Part shown: piece after piece, positions 29,886 through 39,290 of the stretch
Numbering within the stretch: position 1 is the stretch's first letter
Layout of the letters: every line of letters starts with the position of its first letter
Assembly (NCBI GenBank): GCA_020720815.1
Contig: DYNY01000004.1
Coordinates: 1,783-65,782, forward strand
DNA from: Candidatus Elulimicrobium sp.
Lineage (GTDB): Bacteria > Patescibacteriota > Minisyncoccia > Phycocordibacterales > UBA918
Length of the DNA: 64,000 bases
Reading direction: 5' to 3'
The notes under the pieces: model-generated
The model's database searches: none
Told to the model about the DNA's origin: nothing
The model's input: only the letters and a program-made list of their open reading frames with translations
Position numbers and translations under genes: made by a program

Positions 29886-29975
29886 TTCCTTATAATACCT
29901 CCCAAACGGCTTATTTTCAACGTATTATTACCTGAAATTAACAGACAATTATCTCATTATGCTATAATTTTCTAT

Positions 29976-30257
29976 ATGTCAGCCGAACAAGCAAAATTTT
30001 TCAGTGATAAAGGTGCAATATCGTTTGATGCCTGGTCTTTGGATGAACTTAGAGCTGAAGTAAGGGGTCTTTATAAAGGTTACCCAGACACATCAGTAGC
30101 TACTCGACAAGAATTAATTGAAGTACTAGAAGGAAATAGACATGTATCAGATTTAACGGTGAAAAAAGCAGACGAGACTGTAAAACTAGAATACAAAATT
30201 AAAGAGACCGAAAGACCTACCAAAAAACCCTGGTGGCAAACCGGCCAATATGAATAA
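29976..30257 (+). CDS. Hypothetical protein
   Basis: ATG 29976 after TATAAT; overlaps the next ORF's start. Confidence 0.5.
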   Translation: MSAEQAKFFSDKGAISFDAWSLDELRAEVRGLYKGYPDTSVATRQELIEVLEGNRHVSDLTVKKADETVKLEYKIKETERPTKKPWWQTGQYE

Positions 30258-31263
30258 TTACATGATTAACCCCGAAGCTCCTTCCTCACCTCAAGAAGTA
30301 GGTCTACCAGAAAATATTGAAGCTTCAAACGCTGATGGGTCTTTGACAGAAGAACCAATGCCTGATTATAGAATTGACAAAACGGAACCAATGCCTGTCG
30401 AAACTATTTTTAATCCGGAGAAAGAAAGAATTCCCTCACCTAGGACTGAAGCGGCCAGAGCCTTAACTGCTGTAGTAAATCTATTAGTTAAAGGTCAGTT
30501 TGAAAGTAATTCGATAAATAAACAGTATCACACTGACCACATCGACATTGAGTATATGAAGGCTGTAAAACCACAAGACCAAGTGGAACGTGATTTATTT
30601 TTCGCCTCAATAAACCCAACCTTAGTTAAATTTGAAAAACTTGGCCTGGGTAGTTACCAGAATATTTTGAATGCTGCCAATCCACATGCCTGGAAAACAA
30701 ATGAGGGAGAGACTGAGCCAACATTTACTGCCCTTTTAGTACCTTGGGAATATAGTGCTGGCGAAAATTATAAACCAAGAATAGATATTCGAGCACTAAC
30801 GGAATATGTCGAAAGCATGTCAGAAGATACAGAACCAGCCCAAAACAAGAAAGCGCAAGCAAGATTACAGCTAGATACGCTTAAAGCTTACATGGAAAAT
30901 GAAGTGCTGAATCCTACCCCTAGAGAGAAAAGATTTGAAAAAGTCAGTGAGGAAAATCTAGCAACACTAAAAGAAGATCTGGACTTGATTAGTGAAAATA
31001 TGATTGAGAACATTAGTGCCATAACAACTAAAGACGAGGCAGACGGTGACATGATCCGGCTATTTGTAATTAACACTTCGGCTAGAATCTCAATCTTAAT
31101 TAAATCAATCATTAAAAACACTGACGTAGCAATCGATACAGACAGGACTCTTTATCCAGAATTCTGGGAAATGTGTAAGAAACATGAAAGGATTTACCCA
31201 GCCATAGGAACTTGCAATCGAATTACCGGAATTGTCCGCCATGACATAGAGATGAAATACTAA
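30250..31263 (+). CDS. Hypothetical protein
   Basis: 337-aa ORF, no recognised motif. Confidence 0.6.
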   Translation: MNNYMINPEAPSSPQEVGLPENIEASNADGSLTEEPMPDYRIDKTEPMPVETIFNPEKERIPSPRTEAARALTAVVNLLVKGQFESNSINKQYHTDHIDIEYMKAVKPQDQVERDLFFASINPTLVKFEKLGLGSYQNILNAANPHAWKTNEGETEPTFTALLVPWEYSAGENYKPRIDIRALTEYVESMSEDTEPAQNKKAQARLQLDTLKAYMENEVLNPTPREKRFEKVSEENLATLKEDLDLISENMIENISAITTKDEADGDMIRLFVINTSARISILIKSIIKNTDVAIDTDRTLYPEFWEMCKKHERIYPAIGTCNRITGIVRHDIEMKY

Positions 31264-31300
31264 GAAAAACCTGTCTTTAAAAGACAGGTTTTTCTTAGTA
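31258..31300. terminator. Bidirectional terminator between convergent genes
   Basis: 21-bp arms tactaagaaaaacctgtcttt-a-aaagacaggtttttcttagta. Confidence 0.8.
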
Positions 31301-31311
31301 GGACCTATTTT

Positions 31312-32556
31312 CTACCACTCACCGAGTGCGTCATCAATAAGGTCTAGGGCTTCGTCTATTAAATCTTCCGCTTCATTATCATCCCTATCATCAATTGCAT
31401 CCCGTGCATCATCTAATAATCCTTCTGCTTCGTCTAGCATATCTTCCGCATCGCCAACATCATCTCCATCATCAATTGCATTATCGACATCATCCCAAGC
31501 ATCATCTAGGTCATTGAATGCCTGATCCAAGTCGTCCTCAACCCCACTACTACTTGCCCCAATAGCATCCTCGGCTTCGTCTAGTAAGTCTAGGGCTTCA
31601 TTTGCTAAATCCCCAGCTTCACTATAGTCACCATCATCATAAGCTACTTCAACTTCATCTAACAAATCCAGAGCTTCATCTAGCAAATTTTGAGCTTCAT
31701 CTGTTTCCTCACCATCTTCATTTGCTAAATCAATTTCATCTTCTACTTCAGTTACTCTGTCTTCTACCTCATTAAGTGAATCTTTGGCATCGGACTTGGC
31801 CGAATTAACTCCTACTTCATCTAGCGACTTTTCTGTCCATTTATATGAACTACTTAATCGTTTATTAGCCTTATCATAATCCTCATTTAGGTAAGCTCTC
31901 AAACCATCAAACAAATCTTCTTTAGCTGACTCCAAAAGATCCTCCGCATCACTCTTGGCCGTGGCATCTTCAGAATCATCTATAGCACTCTCTATCTCTT
32001 TAAAAGCATCAAGGATATCTGACATCAAATCGCGCATATCAGACGCTTCACTATTACTCTCTACTGTATCATTCACTTCTTCTTCGATATCATCAACGGT
32101 AGTAGGATTATCTTCAGCATTAGCTTTAACTTGCAAAGCTTTCACTTGGGCTAATAACTGATCCACCAAAGCGTCACCATTAGTGGAAGAAACCGGGACA
32201 CTTGTGCCATTAACCAGAGATTGGAAAACTGCTCGTGAACGAGTGCCAAAATACCCCACGGCTGGTGAAATATTATTGGCTTTTTGCCAAGCTATGACCG
32301 CCGCTTCAGTTAATGATTTGTATTCACCAGTCTCTTTACCTGGTGCACCGGCTCCACTTTTTGCAATTACAAAACCGTTACCATTAAGATATTTTTGTAA
32401 GCATAATACGTCCTCACCTGTTACTCCCATCTCTAAATTTCTTGTAATTTCGCAACTGGCCGCCTGTGTACTGCCCGGTATCATTAATGCCAATACCCCA
32501 CAAACTCCCATCACAAGCATGAACGATATGTTATTCTTATTTTTTTCAATTTTCAT
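31312..32556 (-). CDS. Secreted peptidoglycan-binding-domain protein with acidic helical repeats
   Basis: Signal peptide; RNLEMGVTGEDVLCLQKYLN...TEAAVIAWQ...GYFG PG-binding motif; DEAxxLLDEA repeats. Confidence 0.75.
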   Translation of the reverse strand: MKIEKNKNNISFMLVMGVCGVLALMIPGSTQAASCEITRNLEMGVTGEDVLCLQKYLNGNGFVIAKSGAGAPGKETGEYKSLTEAAVIAWQKANNISPAVGYFGTRSRAVFQSLVNGTSVPVSSTNGDALVDQLLAQVKALQVKANAEDNPTTVDDIEEEVNDTVESNSEASDMRDLMSDILDAFKEIESAIDDSEDATAKSDAEDLLESAKEDLFDGLRAYLNEDYDKANKRLSSSYKWTEKSLDEVGVNSAKSDAKDSLNEVEDRVTEVEDEIDLANEDGEETDEAQNLLDEALDLLDEVEVAYDDGDYSEAGDLANEALDLLDEAEDAIGASSSGVEDDLDQAFNDLDDAWDDVDNAIDDGDDVGDAEDMLDEAEGLLDDARDAIDDRDDNEAEDLIDEALDLIDDALGEW

Positions 32557-32637
32557 ATGTTATTAGTATACCTTAGTAATAACAGGTTATAGACCTCAAC
32601 CTTTCGAATAGATATTAAATATTTGTTTAATTAAGTC

Positions 32638-33903
32638 TCAAGAAAGATACGGTAAACGCACCCTAAAGCTTGTGCCAATATTTTCTTGTGATGTAACAAC
32701 TATAGTACCGCCCAGTTTCTGAACTGACTGCTTAACGATATATAATCCCAAACCAGTACCAACCGCTTGATGCGAATAAGCATTTCTGGCTCGGAAAAAC
32801 TTGGTAAATAATTTACCAAGTTCATCAGCCGGAATACCTATACCACTGTCGGATACCGTAATAATTATCTCATTATCAATAAGTTCATACTGATATTTGA
32901 TTTTTCCTTCCGGCGGTACATATTTAACAGCGTTAGAAAGTAAGTTACTTATGATTATGTGTAACAGACGGGGATCACTAACAAAATTAAGGTTGGGTGG
33001 ATTTTCGGTACGCTCAAAAAAAATTTTATTCTCAACCAATTTCTGATCATATTCATCTACGATGGCATCTAAAAATACAGTTAGATCTATTACTTCAGCA
33101 GTTGTCGCAAAAGTGCCCATCTCTAGTTTTGAAACATTGAGAAAGTCGTTTATCAGAGCCAGCATACGCATCACGTTTCGGTCAATTTTAGTTAAGTATT
33201 TAGCTTGTGCTTCAGTTTTTGTTGCCTCTAAACTACGCACTAACAATTCTACATTCCAGCGAATAGCTGCTATAGGAGTACGCAACTGATGAGTTGCCAA
33301 AGCCACGAAATCTGTCTTAGCTGCATCAACCGCTTTTTGATGGGTGATATCAATCATTGATACCAATCTTTGTTCTCCTAATTCGTAAACATAGACTGAT
33401 AATAACAGCCAACGTAATGATCCCTTTTCGGTATGAAGCTGTATTTCTTGATCAACAATCGTATGGTCTGAAAAAAGCTTACCTAGGATAATAGATAAGT
33501 CATTCTCGTCTTCTAATGACAAATAATCACTAAAACGCAAACCTAAAATTTTGTCATTAGTAGTTTCAAACAGTCTGACAGCGGCTGGATTGTACATCAC
33601 TACACGACCACCAGCATCCAAAGATATATAAGGTATCGGGCTTCTTTCATACAAAGAAACAAACTGTTCACTGGAGACTAGAGATATTTGGGTCTGCTTA
33701 TTTCTTAATTGTTCATTAGTTTTAGCAAATAATGACTGAATAACAACTACGGCTATGACCTGAAGTAAAAAAGCACCAAACAAAATTGGCGAGACTTGTT
33801 GTGGCGATTCAGTAAAAAACCAAATGAACACCGGAATAACCAAGACCAGAAACGAAAACAAATAAAAAATAAAACGCAACGATGTTCGCACTACTTTAAT
33901 CAT
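32638..33903 (-). CDS. PAS-domain sensor histidine kinase
   Basis: Two TM segments, PAS, HQLRTP H-box, NLLSNAVKY, DSGIGI, GTGLGL. Confidence 0.93.
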   Translation of the reverse strand: MIKVVRTSLRFIFYLFSFLVLVIPVFIWFFTESPQQVSPILFGAFLLQVIAVVVIQSLFAKTNEQLRNKQTQISLVSSEQFVSLYERSPIPYISLDAGGRVVMYNPAAVRLFETTNDKILGLRFSDYLSLEDENDLSIILGKLFSDHTIVDQEIQLHTEKGSLRWLLLSVYVYELGEQRLVSMIDITHQKAVDAAKTDFVALATHQLRTPIAAIRWNVELLVRSLEATKTEAQAKYLTKIDRNVMRMLALINDFLNVSKLEMGTFATTAEVIDLTVFLDAIVDEYDQKLVENKIFFERTENPPNLNFVSDPRLLHIIISNLLSNAVKYVPPEGKIKYQYELIDNEIIITVSDSGIGIPADELGKLFTKFFRARNAYSHQAVGTGLGLYIVKQSVQKLGGTIVVTSQENIGTSFRVRLPYLS

Positions 33904-33977
33904 ACCATCTGCCAGAACAGAAAATCTAAGATTATTGGGTTTTTTCGAGCTTATCTAGATATGATATTATTTGGTTA

Positions 33978-34349
33978 ATGGAAACAAAAAAAATCTTAAT
34001 TGTGGAAGACGAAACCGATATTCGAGAAGCCATGGCTGAAGCCATTATTGACGCAGGCTTCATTACTTTAACTGCCAAAAATGGTCAAGTTGGTTTACAA
34101 ATTGCACTTAAAGAACGCCCGGACTTAATTTTACTCGATTTAATGATGCCGGTTTTAAATGGACACGAAACACTCAAAAAACTTCGGGAAGATGCCTGGG
34201 GTAAAAACGCAAAAGTAATTGTTCTAACTGCTATGGATGATGTGACTAACATAGCCACTGCCCATCAAAATCCAATCGAGGACTACATAATAAAAGCCCA
34301 CACTAGTCTTGAAGAACTAATTAAAAAAATTCGACTAGCTTTAATTTAA
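33978..34349 (+). CDS. Single-domain response regulator
   Basis: ILIVEDE, DLILLDLMMP, LTA, YIIK. Confidence 0.93.
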   Translation: METKKILIVEDETDIREAMAEAIIDAGFITLTAKNGQVGLQIALKERPDLILLDLMMPVLNGHETLKKLREDAWGKNAKVIVLTAMDDVTNIATAHQNPIEDYIIKAHTSLEELIKKIRLALI

Positions 34350-34389
34350 CAAAACGACCACTTTCATAAATGAAAGTGGTCGTTTTGTT
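34348..34389. terminator. Bidirectional terminator
   Basis: 20-bp arms aacaaaacgaccactttcat-aa-atgaaagtggtcgttttgtt. Confidence 0.8.
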
Positions 34390-34402
34390 TTAATACTTCA
34401 AA

Positions 34403-35008
34403 TTATTTAACTTTTTTGACAGCCTTCTTAGCTACTTTTTTGACTTTCTCAATTTTTAGCTTTCGCTCTTTTTTAAGCAAAACTTCAGCTTCGACTGTTT
34501 CGGCTTTAGACTCAGCTATTTCTTTAGCCACCTTCGCTATTGGTGGATTCACAAAACCAAGAATCCGGTTTAGTTGCAGTTCAATCTTTGCTAAGTGTTG
34601 CTTAACTACCTCAAGCTCTCGCTCAACATTTACACCTGAAGCAGAAACCTGGTACTGTCGTTCGGGTTTTTGATAAGTCGAAGTATCAGTGCGGTTATTA
34701 TTTCTAAAACCATCATTTCTATTGCCTCCACGTTCCTCTCGGGCATTATCATCGCGACCCTTACCAAAACAGGTTGAACAATAAACTGGCCTTTCACCGT
34801 TTGGTCTAAAAGGTACCTCACAACTATTCCCACAAGTACTACAGACAGCGGAAAAAAGTTCTTGCCCACTTGATCGTCCGCCAAACTTAGGACCCCGATC
34901 AAAACCTACACCGCCATTACCAACCCGTCCCTGACCAAACTTTGGTCTTCCACCAAAATCGTTACTTTTCTTTTTATAATCACTAAACCCGTCTTTGAAG
35001 TTTTTCAT
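34403..35008 (-). CDS. CxxC-x17-CxxC domain protein
   Basis: CSTCGNSCEVPFRPNGERPVYCSTCF with RGG-rich flanks. Confidence 0.85.
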   Translation of the reverse strand: MKNFKDGFSDYKKKSNDFGGRPKFGQGRVGNGGVGFDRGPKFGGRSSGQELFSAVCSTCGNSCEVPFRPNGERPVYCSTCFGKGRDDNAREERGGNRNDGFRNNNRTDTSTYQKPERQYQVSASGVNVERELEVVKQHLAKIELQLNRILGFVNPPIAKVAKEIAESKAETVEAEVLLKKERKLKIEKVKKVAKKAVKKVK

Positions 35009-35067
35009 AATTTAATTATAACACAATTTAATTATTTTGGCAAAACACTACACAAATTTTTCTTTTC

Positions 35068-35524
35068 CTAACCCAACCCTACGTCTAACATCATCATCAC
35101 CACAAAACCCGCTAGCGCCCCCATGGTAGCCAAGTCGGTATGCCCACCCCGCTGAGATTCCGGTATCAACTCCTCAATCACCACAAACATCATCGCTCCC
35201 GCCGCAAAGTTGAGCGCATAAGGTAATACCGGCGCCGCTACCATTATCAAAGCTGCTCCCGCAACCGCTGCAACAGGCTCTACTATGCCGGAAAATTGCC
35301 CATACATAAAACTTTTCATACGACTAAAGCCTTCTCTTCGTAGTGGTACCGCAATAGCTGTCCCTTCCGGAAAATTTTGGATTCCAATACCAATAGCGAG
35401 AGCTATTGCACCAGCTAAAGTAGCATTTTCAAGATTTAAATAAGCCGCGCCAAAAGCCACTCCAATCGCTAAACCTTCTGGAATATTATGTAAAGTAATG
35501 GCAGAAACCAAAAGCACACTGTGA
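35068..35524 (-). pseudogene. 5'-truncated ZIP-family (ZupT-like) metal transporter
   Basis: HNIPEG and QNFPEG motifs present, but N-terminal TM half replaced by unrelated sequence. Confidence 0.75.
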
Positions 35525-35661
35525 ACCGTAATCCGCAGGACTCTGGTGGGTTTCTCAAAAGAGAAAGAGTTCGGCGACGGCAATCCGTGAACGGCCGTGC
35601 ATGAGCCTAGACTCAGGAGTAAGTATAGTAAAAAGTTGTCTGATTTTCATATAAAAAGAAA

Positions 35662-35692
35662 TCAGGGTTACCCACGCTGTGGATAACCCTGA
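35662..35692. repeat. Hairpin downstream of the DGR-target-like fragment
   Basis: tcagggtta-cccac-gct-gtgga-taaccctga. Confidence 0.6.
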
Positions 35693-35761
35693 AATTTTTT
35701 ACCGCGAATTCAATAATCAAAAGAAAGGATTCAAAAGACTCAAGAATTCAAGGCACGAGGA

Positions 35762-36022
35762 TCACTTCTGCGGAACGAAAGCCGAGGCAGACCAGCAGTG
35801 GGCACAGGCATCGTCGACCCAGTAGCCACCGAACCTGACCTGACCGTCGTTGAAGCAGAAGAACGGGGCGAGCGAGAAGACGCCATCAGCGTCCGGAGCA
35901 TATTCGTCGCCAGCGCAGTCGATCCAGAGATCGTCATAGTGCTGGAGCCGTTCCGGATGCGTCAGGAGCATGATCCCGATGGCGAATGCCCCGAGGTCGA
36001 ACTCGTTCCCGGCGATACATGC
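35762..36022 (-). pseudogene. GC-rich C-terminal gene fragment resembling a CPR DGR target (variable repeat)
   Basis: Frame NEFDLGAFAIGIMLLTHPERL...DCAGDEY...FCFNDGQVRFGGYWVDDACAHCWSASAFVPQK; in-frame stop upstream; NNC/NNT-rich tail. Confidence 0.55.
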
Positions 36023-36142
36023 AAATTACAACAGAAAATATCAGAAAACCCAACTAGGACTTGAACCGACTAAATGGCTTTAAATAAAGATATTTTATTT
36101 TTGAAAAAAATCACAAAAGTTCATGCCCATGACGGGTCTTAC

Positions 36143-37177
36143 TTAAAATTGAGCAAAGATCCTTTTATTCAAGCCATCAATTCGAACTTTATTGCCATAT
36201 GGCATTGGTATTTGGGGGTCGGTGTGTCCAAAATTCATATTTTGGATCACCGGAATCTCGACATTGTATTGTCGAACTGCTCGAAGTACTGTTTCTTGTT
36301 GTTGTTTTTGATATTCCACTTTCTGCTCTAGCGAATGTGATTTATCAAATTCCCAAGCTTTTGCTCTACCCACTAATACCCCTTGCACTCGTTCTAAAAC
36401 ACCTCGCTCGCCAAGTGAGCGAAAGACTCTAAACACGTAGTCTGCGGATGGTATTTCTTCGGACGTTTCAAGCATAAGTACAATATTCTCAAACTGCTCG
36501 AGTGCTGGAATCTGTACCCCATGCCGAAGCATTTCATCAACTGACTCCACACATCCACCCCAAAGTACTCCCTCAGTATTTTTGTTACCGTCCCAAATAA
36601 ATCCTTCGTTTTGCCAATGCTGTCTTTTGGTCTTTAATAATGGCACATCATCCCAATCAAGACCTTGATCGTTGTATGTATCTGATGCAATTAATTCAAA
36701 CTCCCTTTCTTCGAACAGGGCGTGTTTAATATACCTAACTGTATATTCATCCATCTCCCCTTGCATTGCAAATTGAGTAAACAGTGAACCACTGTAGCAT
36801 GACGGAATGCCGTTCAAGAAAAGAAAGTTACAAAAAATGGGAATTGTCACTATAGCCAAAAAATGGCTTTGGATTATTCACGAAAGGTTCAGATGGAAGA
36901 TTCATTATATACGTCACTTGGTCATCACCACCAATGGTAGCAATCACTGCTTTGATATCTGAATCTTCAAATGCAGCAACGAGATCTGCTGAACGCTCCT
37001 CGGCAGAAGCACCCAGTTTGGATGTAGTAGGATATTCAACTGGCACTAGACCAAAGACTGTTTCGAGCCGTTCAAGTCCAAGTTTGTATACATCGGGGAA
37101 ACGCCCAAAGCAGCAAAACTTGGTGAGAGAACAGTTACCTTATTTCCTTTGACTAACTTAGAAAATTTCATATTCAT
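36143..37177 (-). pseudogene. S66 LD-carboxypeptidase (MccF-like), two frameshifts
   Basis: LSPSF, IGGDD, GYSDNS, LETSEE and FGHTDP lie in three frames; shifts near 37108 and in a T6 run near 36835. Confidence 0.85.
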
Positions 37178-37184
37178 AAAATAT

Positions 37185-37703
37185 TTAATTACTGGACTTC
37201 AAGTACTCCTCCAAAAAACTAATCTCTCTTTTCAAAATAAAATGTCCTTCAAATTTAGCCGGTATATCTGTCTTCATTTTCGCCAACACTTCTGTCGGTG
37301 GGAGCCAGAGAGTTTCATGACCCTCTTCTATTTCACCTTCTTCTAATGCAGGTTCGCCAATTTCACCAACCACTTCTGCTACATAACAATATGAGATATG
37401 AAGTAGCTTGTATTTATTTCGATATTCAATTGTTATACCAATGGGGCGGATGATACTACAACCACAACCAACCTCTTCTTTTACCTCTCGTTTAAGTGCT
37501 TCTTCAATAGATTCACCAACATCAACACCACCACCTGGTAGTTTGTGATATGTATAGGTCTTTAGATACTGGGTAGCCATTTGACCTTGCTGATTAAGCA
37601 ATATCACTCGAGCACTTTTGCGTAACTGATACTCTGATCCAAGAAGTTCAAACTGATCACTGAATCCAAGTGTACCTTCGCTGATTTCGGCAAGTAATTT
37701 CAT
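37185..37703 (-). CDS. NUDIX hydrolase
   Basis: LPGGGVDVGESIEEALKREVKEEVG Nudix box. Confidence 0.92.
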   Translation of the reverse strand: MKLLAEISEGTLGFSDQFELLGSEYQLRKSARVILLNQQGQMATQYLKTYTYHKLPGGGVDVGESIEEALKREVKEEVGCGCSIIRPIGITIEYRNKYKLLHISYCYVAEVVGEIGEPALEEGEIEEGHETLWLPPTEVLAKMKTDIPAKFEGHFILKREISFLEEYLKSSN

Positions 37704-37980
37704 GACAATCATTATAGCAAACACAATCCTTTAACACACTTGATGGTCTAGAACACGAAACTATTTTATGGCTCAAAATAAAATTATTTGATTTTAAGCA
37801 GATTTAGCAAAAGCTCGAGTCCATGACTCGTTCTGAATAAACGTTGTAAAATATAGCGATTTTAGGAGACACGGTCTATCTTAGATGACTGCTGGCTGTA
37901 TGGAACGATGTTAGAACTTTTTTGGTAGTGGGCACTTGATTGTTTATTATAACTAAGGTAAATTATATACATTACGACGA

Positions 37981-38018
37981 AAAGGGGCCCAAACGGTTAA
38001 TTACCTAAGGCCCCCTTT
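37981..38018 (-). terminator. Terminator after the NYN gene
   Basis: aaaggggcc ... ggcccccttt hairpin adjacent to the stop codon. Confidence 0.5.
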
Positions 38019-38522
38019 TCATTTCCCAATTTTCTTTTGTATGTCCACCTTACTCAGATCGTCAAAATACTGCCTCGTAATTTGTTTATACAAAGAAGAA
38101 GCTCGTTTACCGTCCGGAAAAAGAACTTTCCTAAACTTTTGTTCTTCGATTAAAAAATCGACAAGCATTTTGTAGTCACCATCACCAGACACTAAAACAA
38201 TCTGATCGAATTTCTCTTGCTTATAGAGTCGCTTCATGACTGAAAAGATAATATCTGAATCGACATTCCCTTTCTTAGTTCCTAGCATCGCTGAATTATG
38301 TTCACGAAACACTAGAATGAAACCGGATGCTTGTATTTCTTCATATAGCTATTGATAGGTTTCACCATTTTGAACATACCCAAGATAGTAATAAGCTCTG
38401 TCAACTTGATATAAATCACGTAAGTAAATACGAAAACGCGACAAATCAACCTTCCAAGGATTCGCTGATTTTGTAGTACCCATGAACAAATTTTGTCCAT
38501 CAATGTACGCAATATTACTCAT
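38019..38522 (-). pseudogene. NYN (LabA/DUF88, PIN-like) domain protein with one in-frame TAG
   Basis: YIDGQNL, KGNVDSD and VSGDGDY in one frame, interrupted only by TAG at 38349-38351. Confidence 0.85.
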
Positions 38523-38682
38523 TGCGCTATTATAGCAGATAGCATTTTGTTGCTGGCTGTCTGGTACGATATTAGAACTTTTTTGACTAATGTATAAATT
38601 CATTGTATTGAAACAATGTTTTAGATGTACTAAAACCGTTCCTTCCAATGAAGCGGACGCCATTTCCCAAAAGAGAGTCGTA

Positions 38683-38949
38683 ATGTCGAAAGTAAGAATC
38701 TCTTCCCTTCATGTCGAGCTTTGCATAGTGCTTGGCGATATCATTCGTCAGAAGCTTCGCTACCCTGTTCTAAAAACCGAATGTTGGACCTTTGAGTCAC
38801 ATGAGGTATTACACAAACCAACCGTCTGGTTCAAGTATCCGAATGGCAAAGTGGAAGACCTCCACTTTATTAGAAAACCCGGAGTGAACCAGCTTGAACC
38901 AATGCCCTGTTACAACACTTTGCCTCCGGAGAAAATAAGATTCCGGTGA
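38683..38949 (+). CDS. Hypothetical protein
   Basis: ATG preceded by AAGAGAG; 88 aa; no recognised motif. Confidence 0.4.
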   Translation: MSKVRISSLHVELCIVLGDIIRQKLRYPVLKTECWTFESHEVLHKPTVWFKYPNGKVEDLHFIRKPGVNQLEPMPCYNTLPPEKIRFR

Positions 38950-39002
38950 CACTCTCGACCCACCAACACCTTGCTTCGGCAAGGTGTTTGCTTTTTATAT
39001 CA

Positions 39003-39048
39003 AGGACTCGAACCAAATTTATGTTGCTAAATATAGCTGAAATTACTT
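39003..39048. repeat. 46-bp direct repeat, copy A (att-like)
   Basis: aggactcgaaccaaatttatgttgctaaatatagctgaaattactt identical at 43242-43287; 39001-39014 identical to tRNA-Gln 44394-44407. Confidence 0.92.
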
Positions 39049-39290
39049 TGCTGACTGTCGTGGTCTTAAAACCTACGTGATGAGACACCGTAAGGCTTTC
39101 TTATGACCCCCTCTACTCCTTATGTGAGGCGTCTCGATCTCTAGCATCCTGTGCTTATATCGCTAAACTAGATTTTGTAGTTATAACAGAGGGCAGTATG
39201 TCACTCTAATGTCTTTACTTGGTCGTGAGGAAAAAGACGATTCCAATGCCAACTACTATAGCAACGCGCTAATAATTAACTTCGTACAAG

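Noticed and set aside
35678-35686. DnaA box (tgtggataa) as an origin signal
   Set aside because: Single box inside a hairpin, no cluster or unwinding element
38349-38351. Stop-codon reassignment or pyrrolysine readthrough
   Set aside because: TAG and TGA end many intact genes in the window (e.g. groL TAG, def TGA); no suppressor machinery seen
39002-39029. dif/pdif-like site within the 46-bp repeat
   Set aside because: ttatgtt resembles a XerD half-site, but there is no credible XerC arm; the tRNA T-arm match explains it better
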